DNA from: Candidatus Kaiserbacteria bacterium RIFCSPHIGHO2_01_FULL_53_29
GTDB lineage: Bacteria; Patescibacteriota; Minisyncoccia; Phycocordibacterales; UBA2100
NCBI GenBank assembly: GCA_001781125.1
Contig: MFKT01000029.1
Coordinates: 4,040-68,039 of the forward strand
Reading direction: 5' to 3'
DNA: 64,000 bases
Position 1 is the stretch's first letter; each line of letters opens with the position of its first letter. The notes beneath the pieces were generated by a model that was not told the origin of the DNA, made no database searches, and saw only the letters and a list, made by a program, of their open reading frames with translations. Below are positions 28,509 through 37,944 of this stretch, in pieces. A program made the position numbers and the translations under genes.

Positions 28509-28912
28509 ATAAGTTTCGATGTTTTATATTTCTCCGGCTCGAATGCTTTGAGCCGTACGATTTTTATCTTAAGCTTTGTTCTTTCTATATCCCGCTCAAG
28601 ACGATCAACATACTCTCCTTTTTGATCGTAGCCAAGCGCGATGATATCCGGTTTCGCCTCAATGATGTGTTCGATGTATCCCTCCTCCTGCCCCAAGACC
28701 ACTTCGTCGACGAGCGTATTGCGCTCGAGCAGCGCTCTGCGCTCGCGCTCATTGCGCCGCGAGTGCTCTCCCTTGATGCGCTTGACCACCGCATCGCGCG
28801 CAATCGAAACGATCAGATGTGGTTTCTTGGCAAGCGATCGCGCTTGTCGGAAAAAATCCACATGCCCGATGTGGACCATGTCGAACGTCCCGAAGACCAT
28901 AATGCGAGTCAT
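28505..28912 (-). CDS. Nucleotidyltransferase, RibL-type FAD synthetase-like
   Basis: [28 protein letters not shown]. Confidence 0.75.
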   Translation of the reverse strand: MTRIMVFGTFDMVHIGHVDFFRQARSLAKKPHLIVSIARDAVVKRIKGEHSRRNERERRALLERNTLVDEVVLGQEEGYIEHIIEAKPDIIALGYDQKGEYVDRLERDIERTKLKIKIVRLKAFEPEKYKTSKLI

Positions 28913-28949
28913 ACGTCTTACTTTGTACTATAGTACGGGTATTGGAGCT

Positions 28950-29735
28950 ATGAACAACAGACGGGGAAACGCCGTGTTCTTCACCCTCCCTGAGATTTGG
29001 GACCTCTGCCTTGATAAAATTTATAATAAACCCAAATATATCCAGGGCTTTATTGATGCGTTGAAACAATACGGCATCACTTCCGAGTCGAAGATTCTCG
29101 ACGCAGGGTGCGGATCCGGATTCCCCGCGCTCGACCTTATCGAGCGAGGCTATCATGTCGTTGCGGCTGACAAAAGCAGTGAAATGGTCCGCCAGATCGG
29201 ACTCAATGCAAAAAAACGCGGGCTGGAGGTTCAGGCAATCCACGCAACATGGTCAGAACTTCAGAGATTTGTAGGACAAGGAGAATTCGATCTCGTATAT
29301 TGCCGCGGCAACTCCCTTGTGTATGCTGCCTCATGGGAACAGAATTGGATTGTGCCTGCCCGATCGATGGAAGAGATCCAGACTGCGCTTCGCAATTTTC
29401 ATTCTGTCCTTAAACCCGGAGGAGTCTTATACCTCGACGTCACCAACAAAAAAGAGAAGCCTCACGTGGAAAACATCGGCACTATCGCGACACGACACGG
29501 TGACGCGCGGCTTACCTGGCAGATTGAACACAATGTCGTGACCAAGGTTCGCACCTGGACCATGCGGCTGATCTTTCTCGAAACCGGCGACGTCAAAACC
29601 TATCCATCCTATAGCTATCTTCTGAGCCACGAAGAGTTGATAGAATGCCTGACAAAAATCGGGTTTTCAAAAGTAAGATTGGAGGTCAAGGTGAAAGGCG
29701 AAAACAATTACGACGTATTCATCGCGAGGAAATAA
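28950..29735 (+). CDS. Class I SAM-dependent methyltransferase
   Basis: ILDAGCGSG, FDLVYCRGNSL, LKPGGVLYLD. Confidence 0.88.
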   Translation: MNNRRGNAVFFTLPEIWDLCLDKIYNKPKYIQGFIDALKQYGITSESKILDAGCGSGFPALDLIERGYHVVAADKSSEMVRQIGLNAKKRGLEVQAIHATWSELQRFVGQGEFDLVYCRGNSLVYAASWEQNWIVPARSMEEIQTALRNFHSVLKPGGVLYLDVTNKKEKPHVENIGTIATRHGDARLTWQIEHNVVTKVRTWTMRLIFLETGDVKTYPSYSYLLSHEELIECLTKIGFSKVRLEVKVKGENNYDVFIARK

Positions 29736-29914
29736 GTGCCCGGACGCCACCACGCGCTACGCGTCCCAGGTTTTTTATGTCCTGGCGGCGGGGAGCTCGA
29801 TGATTTTTTTCTGGTTCACGCGGCTCACCATCACACCATCAACAGGGCGAAGAGGAGGAGTGCGATGCCGGGCCATGGTACTGCGCCGACCCGTCGCACC
29901 ATGGAGCTAATCTT

Positions 29915-30664
29915 TTACGCAGAGCGTAGCTGACCCTTGAGCGCCTCGTTCTCCTCCTTTACTCCGATTACTTCAGTATTTTTCCCCGCAATTGCCACTT
30001 CAAGATCTCGTTTCACCTTTTCAAGTTCAGCAGTTCTTTCTTCCAGGCCCTTTTGCGCCGTCCTGAGTGAGACGATAGATTTCCGTGCTATCTCACACAA
30101 TACCGTGGCAAACACAGCAGCCACAAGAATTGGCACAGAATGGGCGATGACAGAAAAATCATTTCGCCCATAGAAGTATACCCACCCCGGCTCAATATAA
30201 TTCAGGATACCGTGGTGAAGAACCGTAACACCAGCTACGACCCAACCAAGCCGCCAGTCGGCGAAAACCATAAGAAGTGCGATGATGATAAAAAAGTGAA
30301 AGTGCATCTCAATGGAGCCGCCGCTGATGAAAACAAACAAGTAGGAATAGATCGAGAGCGCCACAGTCACCGTAAGCCTCCACAAATAGTGATTTTGTAT
30401 CGTACCGGCCAGAAATGCGGGAACGAGCGTGACCGCAAGTGCGATCAACACCGTAGCAACTGCTTCGGGGATGCTGACGACCCGCCATGCAAGCGGACTC
30501 GGATAAAAAGAGGCGAGCTTTATTATGGAATTTGTGAACGCGAGAAGCGAAAAGACGGCAAAGTGACCCCAGAGCACTTTCAGTATGAAGCGATCCGTCG
30601 CCTCATAGTTGAACGCCGCCTCATATCCCCTATTAATGTCAGAAATGAAATCTATACGCATCAT
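29915..30664 (-). CDS. Stand-alone integral-membrane sensor-like domain with C-terminal coiled coil
   Basis: About 6 TMs with GGSIEMHFHFF and VLHH motifs resembling the N-terminus of some MCPs/kinases; no signalling domain. Confidence 0.7.
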   Translation of the reverse strand: MMRIDFISDINRGYEAAFNYEATDRFILKVLWGHFAVFSLLAFTNSIIKLASFYPSPLAWRVVSIPEAVATVLIALAVTLVPAFLAGTIQNHYLWRLTVTVALSIYSYLFVFISGGSIEMHFHFFIIIALLMVFADWRLGWVVAGVTVLHHGILNYIEPGWVYFYGRNDFSVIAHSVPILVAAVFATVLCEIARKSIVSLRTAQKGLEERTAELEKVKRDLEVAIAGKNTEVIGVKEENEALKGQLRSA

Positions 30665-30721
30665 TACCAGTGTAACACCACGCTTCGGTACGCAACATTT
30701 CGTACGGTATAGTGAAAGCGT

Positions 30722-31168
30722 ATGACGATCGATATGAAAAATTCCCTTCTCCTTACTGCTGTCCTGTTTCTCGTCATTACGATCGGCCTCTATGTTCCTT
30801 ACCAAAGAAACCAGAGTGTAGACATCGGAATTGAGGCGACTTCCACTATTGACCATCTGACCATCCTCTACACAAACGGCGGATTCGAGCCGCAAAGCCC
30901 AAGGATCCCTGTCGGCACAACGGTTGAATGGATCAATGTATCGGAAAAGCCGCTGTGGGTCGCTTCGGATCCGCACCCATCACACACGAATCTCCCTGGA
31001 TTTGATCAAAAAGGGATCGAGAGCTCTCCAGACATCTCTCTCTATCTCGTGCCCGCACATGCGCATACACGAGCATCGACCTATCTCTACACATTTAAGG
31101 CTTCTGGTCAATGGAAATATCACAACCACCTCGTACCGACCGATCGCGCGCTCATCATTGTGGATTGA
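30722..31168 (+). CDS. Cupredoxin-fold exported protein
   Basis: Signal/TM; GFEP...VGTTVEWIN...WVASDPHPSHT...WKYHNH. Confidence 0.75.
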   Translation: MTIDMKNSLLLTAVLFLVITIGLYVPYQRNQSVDIGIEATSTIDHLTILYTNGGFEPQSPRIPVGTTVEWINVSEKPLWVASDPHPSHTNLPGFDQKGIESSPDISLYLVPAHAHTRASTYLYTFKASGQWKYHNHLVPTDRALIIVD

Positions 31169-31231
31169 GTGCCAGAGTGATGTGTGAACTGCAGGTATTG
31201 CGTAGTAAAAGTAGTCTATACTGTGGAGAAT

Positions 31232-31879
31232 ATGAACATTGATACGCGTCTCGTCGCCTTAGTGGTCCTCGTCCTCGGTATTGTTGGGTTTGGCACCTAC
31301 CTGTGGATATCGCCATCCCCATCCGCAACGACCAGTGCTCTACCCACGACACAGCCCCGAATAGAACTCTCTCCCGAAGTTGAAGCCGTTCTCGCACAAA
31401 AAATGGCAATACTTGAGGGGCTCTCGCGTGAAAATGTCGTTCTCGCTGACGTCATGATCTCAAACAACAATAACCGTGCTCTCGCACAAACAGATATCAA
31501 ACGCCTCGACGACGAGTGGCAAACATCCGAGGGGGTCACTCCATTTATCCAGCAATTCCTGTCCAATGATTCCGCCAGACGCCTTCTCGCTTTCCAGAAG
31601 GAGTACCCTGGATTCAAAGAGATCTTCGTCACCGATATGTATGGCTTAAATGTAAGCCAGACCGACAAGACGAGTGATTACTATCAGGCAGACGAAGCGT
31701 GGTGGCAAAACAGCTTCAATGGCGGGGCGGGGGAAAAACTCCACGGTCAAATCGAGTTCGACGAAAGTTCACAGACAGAGGCCATATCGCTGTATGTTCC
31801 TATCATCGACACCTCCTCAAAAGCAATCGGCGTATTAAAAGGCGTTCTCGACCTGGCTGTTATTAAACGCGAGCTCTAG
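31232..31879 (+). CDS. Stand-alone Cache/PDC sensor-domain protein
   Basis: One TM; EIFVTDMYGLNV..TDKTSDYYQADEAWW, VPI...IGVLKGV. Confidence 0.75.
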   Translation: MNIDTRLVALVVLVLGIVGFGTYLWISPSPSATTSALPTTQPRIELSPEVEAVLAQKMAILEGLSRENVVLADVMISNNNNRALAQTDIKRLDDEWQTSEGVTPFIQQFLSNDSARRLLAFQKEYPGFKEIFVTDMYGLNVSQTDKTSDYYQADEAWWQNSFNGGAGEKLHGQIEFDESSQTEAISLYVPIIDTSSKAIGVLKGVLDLAVIKREL

Positions 31880-31892
31880 CGCGTATATTTTT

Positions 31893-33686
31893 GTGGAGAA
31901 TTTTACTCGAACCACACTTGGATTCTCGAGTATACAGCAAAAGCTACTTCTCGTGTTGGTCGTAATCGCTGCGTTTCCCCTTATTCTTGCCGGTACCTCG
32001 ATCCTCGGTATCGAACGCATCGCACAAAATTCCGATGTCATCGTCGAGAGGGAAATGCCACTCTTGCGTAGCATTCAGGAAGCGCTGAGTGCGATGGTAA
32101 GTGGTCAGTCCAGTGCGGAAAGAATCCTCGACGTCGAAGAGTTTGAAATGCTCGCCGATGCTGCGCAAGAAAAAACGACGTTTCAAGAGTCGATTGTACG
32201 TTTCCAGATGTTTTTGGCGGCAATCACATGGGGCAGTGAGAGCGAGGCATTCAGGCATTCGGCGGAAGGAAAAAACTATGCTGCATGGACGGCAGCTGGC
32301 CTCAAGGACGCACTGGTCGTGCAGGGCTCGTCACCTGAAGAAATTGAGCTCGCGGGACGAACGAGCATCTACTATGAAGGATTCGTCAACAACACACTTC
32401 GCGCGATCGACACGCGCGAAGAATACCTCACTCTAAAAAAAGCCGGTCAGGTCAAAGAAGCCGAGCTCGCGAAGGCGGCCTCAAAAGAATACGTCGAAAA
32501 AGCGCGCCATTTTGCGGACTTGAGTTCGGCACACTTGGCCGAGATGACGCAGCGGTCGAATGAAACAGCACAGGAGAGCGGCAAAATTCTTAAAACGACT
32601 GAGGGTGATGTTTGGTCTGCGACCATCTTCGTACTGATGACCGGTCTCTTCATATCAGCGATCGTCAGCGTACTCTTCATTCAGCGCATTATCATTCGTC
32701 CTATCAGCGCACTGGCGGCGACCGCAGAGAGTTTTGGTGCAGGTAAGCTTGATACCCGCGCGACATACTTCGCAAAAGACGAGATAGGGCTTCTTGGTGT
32801 CGCATTCAACGAGATGGCCGCACACCTTGCCGAATATACCGGGCGTCTTGAGAAAGAAGTCGCCGCACGCACAAAGGACCTCCAAGACAAACTTCAGGAA
32901 CTCGACCGTGGCAACGAACTCTTAAAGAAGCGCGAGGGAGAGCTCACGCTCGCAAACGAGCGCCTCACGGGACTCGACAAGGCGAAGTCCGAATTCATTT
33001 CGGTCGCCGCGCACCAGCTGCGCACACCGCTCTCGGCAATCAAATGGACCCTCTCGCTTCTCATCGATGAGAACACCGAGAACCTCTCTGCCGAGCAGAA
33101 GAGCCTTCTCATGAAAGGATACGAAAGCAACGAACGCATCATCAACCTCATCAATGAAATGCTCGTGGTGACACGCATCGAATCCGGAAAAATACAATTT
33201 AAGCTCTCTCCTCTGCACCTTGAAGATATGGTCGAGAGCGTGCTTCTGGATTTCTCCGGCCAAGCGCATGTGCGGCGCATGGCGCTTACATTCAAGCGGC
33301 CGAGCCCGCAATCGCCCTATGTGAACGCCGATCCGGATATGATGCGCTCCGTGATACAAAATCTCGTGGAAAATGCGATGCGCTACACGCCGGATGGCGG
33401 CACGATCGCGCTTTCCGTCACCTCTTCCCCGACCGAGGTGCAGGTAGCTATCACCGACAGCGGTATCGGCATTCCCCTGCAGCAGCAATCGGGCATTTTC
33501 AACAAATTTTTCCGAGCTGATAACGCCACCAAATTCCGCACCGACGGCTCGGGTCTCGGCCTCTATATCGTTAAAAGCTTTGTGGAAAAACACGGGGGAA
33601 GGATCTGGTTTGAGAGCGTCGAGAACAAAGGAACCAGCTTTTTCTTCACGGTCCCCCCTTCACCGGTTGTCCCTCAATCTGCATAG
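31893..33686 (+). CDS. Sensor histidine kinase with HAMP domain
   Basis: 2 TMs, DEIG.L..AFNEM, H-box AHQLRTPL, NLVENA, DSGIGI, GSGLGL. Confidence 0.93.
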   Translation: MENFTRTTLGFSSIQQKLLLVLVVIAAFPLILAGTSILGIERIAQNSDVIVEREMPLLRSIQEALSAMVSGQSSAERILDVEEFEMLADAAQEKTTFQESIVRFQMFLAAITWGSESEAFRHSAEGKNYAAWTAAGLKDALVVQGSSPEEIELAGRTSIYYEGFVNNTLRAIDTREEYLTLKKAGQVKEAELAKAASKEYVEKARHFADLSSAHLAEMTQRSNETAQESGKILKTTEGDVWSATIFVLMTGLFISAIVSVLFIQRIIIRPISALAATAESFGAGKLDTRATYFAKDEIGLLGVAFNEMAAHLAEYTGRLEKEVAARTKDLQDKLQELDRGNELLKKREGELTLANERLTGLDKAKSEFISVAAHQLRTPLSAIKWTLSLLIDENTENLSAEQKSLLMKGYESNERIINLINEMLVVTRIESGKIQFKLSPLHLEDMVESVLLDFSGQAHVRRMALTFKRPSPQSPYVNADPDMMRSVIQNLVENAMRYTPDGGTIALSVTSSPTEVQVAITDSGIGIPLQQQSGIFNKFFRADNATKFRTDGSGLGLYIVKSFVEKHGGRIWFESVENKGTSFFFTVPPSPVVPQSA

Positions 33687-33727
33687 ACGGCTCCTTTTTC
33701 CGGCGTAGAATACCCATACTAGTGTCT

Positions 33728-34534
33728 ATGGCGCAAAAACAAAAGATCCTGCTTCTGGAAGATGAACAAGTGCTGGGCGAGATCCTCCTCAACAAGCTCA
33801 TGAGCAGCGGATACGATGCGTCATGGGAAATGGACGGAGAGAGCGGCATCCAGAAAATGCGCGCCATGAAGCCCGACCTCGTGCTTCTCGATATCGTCAT
33901 GCCCAAGAAAGACGGCTATGAGGTATTGGAGGAAATGCACAAAGATGCGGAGCTAAAGAAGATCCCTGTTGTCGTTATCTCAAATTCAGGACAACCCGTC
34001 GAGATCAGCCGCATTCTCGAGCTGGGCGCAAAAGATTACATCATCAAGGCGCAATTCAGCCCTGACGAGGTGTTGGAAAAAATACAGAAATTCATCGGCA
34101 AAGCGGCGGAATCGGACGACGCGAGTGTGGTGGATCCGCAGACAAAACAGGAAGGGAAGGTCTGGATAGTAGAAGACGACCAATTTCTCTCCACTCTTTC
34201 TTCCACACGCCTCGCAAAAGAAGGCTACGCGATAAAGACTGCGACCGACGGTGCACAGGCGCTCAAACTATTGGATACGGAAATCCCTGACCTGGTCCTC
34301 CTCGACGTGATGATGCCGGGTATGAACGGGTTCGATGTATTGAAAGCAATGCGAGCAGATCCCCGGTGTAAGGACGTCATTATCGTAATGTTCTCGAATC
34401 TTGGTCAGGAACATGAGATCGAAGAAGCGCGAAAGAACGGCGCGGATGATTTTCTGGTAAAAGCAAAATTCACGTTGCCCGAAGTTGTCGAAAGAGTGAA
34501 CGCCATGATCGCCAAAAAGAGACGTAAGTCCTGA
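33728..34534 (+). CDS. Response regulator with two receiver domains and no output domain
   Basis: Two REC copies: LLED...LLDIVMP...IIKA and IVEDD...LLDVMMP...LVKA. Confidence 0.9.
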   Translation: MAQKQKILLLEDEQVLGEILLNKLMSSGYDASWEMDGESGIQKMRAMKPDLVLLDIVMPKKDGYEVLEEMHKDAELKKIPVVVISNSGQPVEISRILELGAKDYIIKAQFSPDEVLEKIQKFIGKAAESDDASVVDPQTKQEGKVWIVEDDQFLSTLSSTRLAKEGYAIKTATDGAQALKLLDTEIPDLVLLDVMMPGMNGFDVLKAMRADPRCKDVIIVMFSNLGQEHEIEEARKNGADDFLVKAKFTLPEVVERVNAMIAKKRRKS

Positions 34535-35497
34535 CTACCGGGCTTGTGTACTTTCTCCCTCCTCACGGTTCACACGAGAGAGCATGAGCATGGCAAAAAG
34601 AAGAAGCGCGGTGCCGAGCCACTGGCCGGCGACAAGTCCTAAGAACGCTCCGGGAACGGGGGTACCTTGAATGAAATATGCATTCACGAATACGGCGGCG
34701 AGCGGAAAACCGAGCTCGGCGATGGTTGCGATAGATGCTTTCGTGTACTGCAGACCGTAATAGTAGATAAAAAGAGAAACGACACCGGAAGTAATGGCGA
34801 TAATGCCAATGAAAAGCCAGTCGGTCGATGTGAGCGTGCCTGTCACCGGGAACGAATGTTGTGCGGTCGTAAGAATTGCCAAGAATACGAAAGCGCCGAC
34901 GAATCGGAGACTCGTCATCATTTGGAAAGAAACTTTACGCAATACGAATTTGCCGAACACAGTGGAGGCTCCCCAGAGAACCGCGGCCGTGAGCGCGAGG
35001 AGCGCTCCAACAGTATTGGGATTGAACGCCTCGCCTTCGTAGAGCTGCGGCACGAGATTGGGGAAGCTCACAAGGTAGGCACCGAAAAGCGCCGTGGCCG
35101 TCCACACCCAAAAATTCTTGCTCAAGCGCTCGCCGAGAAAAAACCACGCGAGCGCGATAGCGATAAGGGGCTGCACTTTTTGCAAAAGAATTGAGACCGA
35201 CGGATTCACGTAGTGGAACGATTGGGTGAACGCGACAGAAGCAAGTGCCGAGCCGCCGACCGCGATGAAGACGACGGCGAGCCATTCACGCCTTGTGAGA
35301 TTCCGAAGCTCACGCCAACCCCACACGAGTATCGGTAAGGCTATCAGGAGGTCCACCGCGTGCTCGGCAAGCACAATGAAATTCGACGAGAGCGTTTGCG
35401 TGAGATGTACGCGGAACGGTGCATCGGTCGCCCAGAGAGCCGCAGCGATAAAGACGAGAGAGGGGCCGAAGATAGTAATGGAGCGCTGGGGGCTCAT
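34535..35497 (-). CDS. EamA/DMT family transporter
   Basis: 10 TMs in two EamA repeats; start overlaps the riboflavin kinase stop. Confidence 0.85.
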   Translation of the reverse strand: MSPQRSITIFGPSLVFIAAALWATDAPFRVHLTQTLSSNFIVLAEHAVDLLIALPILVWGWRELRNLTRREWLAVVFIAVGGSALASVAFTQSFHYVNPSVSILLQKVQPLIAIALAWFFLGERLSKNFWVWTATALFGAYLVSFPNLVPQLYEGEAFNPNTVGALLALTAAVLWGASTVFGKFVLRKVSFQMMTSLRFVGAFVFLAILTTAQHSFPVTGTLTSTDWLFIGIIAITSGVVSLFIYYYGLQYTKASIATIAELGFPLAAVFVNAYFIQGTPVPGAFLGLVAGQWLGTALLLFAMLMLSRVNREEGESTQAR

Positions 35498-35841
35498 AAC
35501 AGATGTGCGAAGTATTCTCGCACAGAAGTAACATCATGCGCAATCGCCTCGCGTAATACCTTGTCGTTCCCAAACTTTTTGGCCTCCCGTATCTTTTTCA
35601 ATAACTCTATGGTCACGTTCCACCCATACAAATCTCTCGAAAAATCCAGCAGGTGTGCTTCGAGAACTTTTCTTTTTTGATCGGCATACGCTGCAGCTTC
35701 GTATTCTTCCTCGCCCACTTTTACACGCGCGGCATAAATCCCTGACACATTCGCGTCGTCGAGCGGAATATTTATTGTGGGAAATCCGAGCGCCGTCCCG
35801 CGCTTCGAGCCCTTTTGAACAATTCCTTTGTACGTTTGCAT
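35494..35841 (-). CDS. Stand-alone riboflavin kinase
   Basis: GIVQKGSKRGTALGFPTIN, GIYAA, LEAHLLDFSRDLYG. Confidence 0.88.
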   Translation of the reverse strand: MQTYKGIVQKGSKRGTALGFPTINIPLDDANVSGIYAARVKVGEEEYEAAAYADQKRKVLEAHLLDFSRDLYGWNVTIELLKKIREAKKFGNDKVLREAIAHDVTSVREYFAHLL

Positions 35842-35914
35842 ATTGTATATTTCCCGCTTTCGCTCGTCTTGTCGGACCTCGTCACGACGAAGCCGAGCTA
35901 CAGCGAGGCGAAGT

Positions 35915-35999
35915 CGGAGGGGGTGAGATTCGAACTCACGAGACCTTGCGGTCTGGCGCATTTCAAGTGCGCTGGAATGAACCACTATCCGACCCCTCC
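35915..35999 (-). tRNA. tRNA-Ser (TGA)
   Basis: Cloverleaf with long variable arm; GCGCA-CTTGAAA-TGCGC. Confidence 0.93.
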
Positions 36000-36490
36000 C
36001 TCTGATTGTTCAGACTACCACTAAGCCAACTATTTTCTAAATAGTGTTCCTCGTAATGACAGTTCGGACAAATCAGTTCCAGATTTTCTAACGCATTATT
36101 GTTCCGGTTTCTATCCCTATGATGCACATGCAATATTTCGACTTTCTTATACCCGCATCGTTCGCACTTTGTCCCCCGCTGATCGATTAAACGAATTTTC
36201 AAGGCTCGCTGACTTTTAACTTTATCTTTTGATGGCCTGCCCAGCTTATATTTGATACCCACCCTATATTTGTTCGCGCAGCTTCTACTGCACGTCCCTG
36301 CGTTTTTATTGGCAAGAATTGGGATACCACACACAGCACACGGGGTTTCCTTTCTCGATGAAATCCCGTAACAAAGCATGCTACAAAATGCCCGTCCCTT
36401 GCTGGCCTGAAGTTGAATAGGTCTTCTGTAAACAGACTTATTACAGACAGCGCAGTTCACATTCGGCTTTCTTGTGTAGGACTCAGACAC
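35963..36490 (-). CDS. HNH endonuclease with Cys-rich zinc-finger repeats; 3' end overlaps tRNA-Ser
   Basis: CAVC...FCSMLC, CERCG...HVHHRDRNRNNN..NLELICPNCHYEEH; more AT-rich than neighbours. Confidence 0.88.
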   Translation of the reverse strand: MSESYTRKPNVNCAVCNKSVYRRPIQLQASKGRAFCSMLCYGISSRKETPCAVCGIPILANKNAGTCSRSCANKYRVGIKYKLGRPSKDKVKSQRALKIRLIDQRGTKCERCGYKKVEILHVHHRDRNRNNNALENLELICPNCHYEEHYLENSWLSGSLNNQREGSDSGSFQRT

Positions 36491-36564
36491 TCATCCAGTA
36501 TACCACTTGAGATGTGCACACCCACCCCTTGAGCGCTTCATGATGCAAGTTACAATGCCAGCAT

Positions 36565-36981
36565 ATGAAAAAACTCACCAAGAGGGGTTTTACCCTTATC
36601 GAATTACTCGTTGTTATCGCTATTATTGGGATTCTTGCGTCGATCGTGCTCGCCTCGCTCAACACAGCTCGTGTAAAAGCCCGCGACGCGCGGCGCCTTG
36701 CTGACGTAGATGCGATCAAGAAAGCTCTCGCCCTCTACAACAACGACAATAATGTCTATCCGGTGTTTGCGGCGAGCACAACCATCACGGGAGCAGATGC
36801 CGTCTCAACGGCACTCGTCGAAGCTGGTTCTATCTCCACGGTACCGTCAGATCCGCAGGGGGGAACGAATACATACCACTACAAGAGCGATGCCACAGGA
36901 GGCACTTACTGGATCGGATTCTGTATGGAGAATGCCAATAATAACCACGTACAGGGCTGCAACAACTTCACTACTCCGTAA
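36565..36981 (+). CDS. Type IV pilin / GspG-like pseudopilin
   Basis: Class III signal KRG-FTLIELLVVIAIIGILA; ARDARRLAD; C-terminal Cys pair. Confidence 0.92.
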   Translation: MKKLTKRGFTLIELLVVIAIIGILASIVLASLNTARVKARDARRLADVDAIKKALALYNNDNNVYPVFAASTTITGADAVSTALVEAGSISTVPSDPQGGTNTYHYKSDATGGTYWIGFCMENANNNHVQGCNNFTTP

Positions 36982-37064
36982 CGGCAAGCGTGAAAGCCCC
37001 TCTACCGCGTTTAGCCGCGGTGGAGGAGCTTTCGTTTCCGAGCTGATGTTACAATGGGAGCGTT

Positions 37065-37535
37065 ATGCCCCCACAGAGAGTGGTCTTGCGCTGGAGCGCG
37101 TATGAACACGAGCATATCGAGCGCGGGAGCGATTGGTTTTGGGCTCTTGGCATCGTGGCCATCTCAGCCGCTCTCACGAGCATACTTTTCCACGACGTGC
37201 TCTTCGCGGTACTGATACTCATTGCCGCAACAGTGCTGGGCATGCTCGCCAATGCGCCACCGGATCTTATGCGGTTCGAGATCTCCGACCGCGGCATACG
37301 CGTCGGCGATACCATGCATCGTTTTGAGGAGGTCATTTCGTTTTGGGTGGAAGAGGAAGGGCACGAGCGACCGCTCCTTCTGGTAGACACCACCAAATTC
37401 ATGGCACCGAATCTGATCATTCCTCTTGAGAACATCGACCCGCATGTGGTGCGAACCTATCTGCGCGCTCACACCGACGAAGTCCCGATGAAAGAACCGG
37501 TCGCACATAAGATTTTAGAGTTCTTCGGACTCTAA
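37065..37535 (+). CDS. Conserved hypothetical membrane protein (2 TM plus PH-like domain)
   Basis: LRWSAYEHEH..RGSDWFW, 2 TMs. Confidence 0.75.
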   Translation: MPPQRVVLRWSAYEHEHIERGSDWFWALGIVAISAALTSILFHDVLFAVLILIAATVLGMLANAPPDLMRFEISDRGIRVGDTMHRFEEVISFWVEEEGHERPLLLVDTTKFMAPNLIIPLENIDPHVVRTYLRAHTDEVPMKEPVAHKILEFFGL

Positions 37536-37537
37536 AA

Positions 37538-37944
37538 TAGCTACTAGCCACTAGGGTTTAGCCACTAGTGAAGAGAGTAATTTGTTCAGCATTCGCATCG
37601 TCTCATTCAATAGACCAGCCGTTTTCGAGACTTCAACGCGGCTTACAAATTGTAACTTCTCGGCAAGTATTAGATGGGTCTCCAATTCCGCACCGGAACC
37701 GAACGCTACCCTTAGAAATTGCACATACTCTGCACGATGCTTGCGTGCAAAACCTTCGGCAATGTTTGCGGGAATCGAGACCGCAGCTCGCCGCATCTGA
37801 CTTATAAGTCCGAACATTTCTTCTTTTGGGAATTTTCGCGTGAGTCGATACACTTCAGCAACAAGTTCTACGCCACGTTGCCATACAATTAAATCTTGGT
37901 ATGACTGCATTTTCCAGTCGCTAGTGGCTATTGGCTAGTTACTA
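37538..37944. mobile_element. Putative cassette: four-helix-bundle gene bounded by inverted TAG-heptamer arrays
   Basis: Left TAGCTAC TAGCCAC TAGGGTT TAGCCAC TAGTGAA; right (minus strand) TAGTAAC TAGCCAA TAGCCAC TAGCGAC; same ends recur at 50716-50786. Confidence 0.65.
37551..37910 (-). CDS. Four helix bundle protein (23S rRNA IVP/Avd-like family)
   Basis: SYQDLIVWQ, FPKEEMFGLISQMRRAAVSIPANIAEG, FLRVAFGSGAELETHL. Confidence 0.93.
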   Translation of the reverse strand: MQSYQDLIVWQRGVELVAEVYRLTRKFPKEEMFGLISQMRRAAVSIPANIAEGFARKHRAEYVQFLRVAFGSGAELETHLILAEKLQFVSRVEVSKTAGLLNETMRMLNKLLSSLVAKP

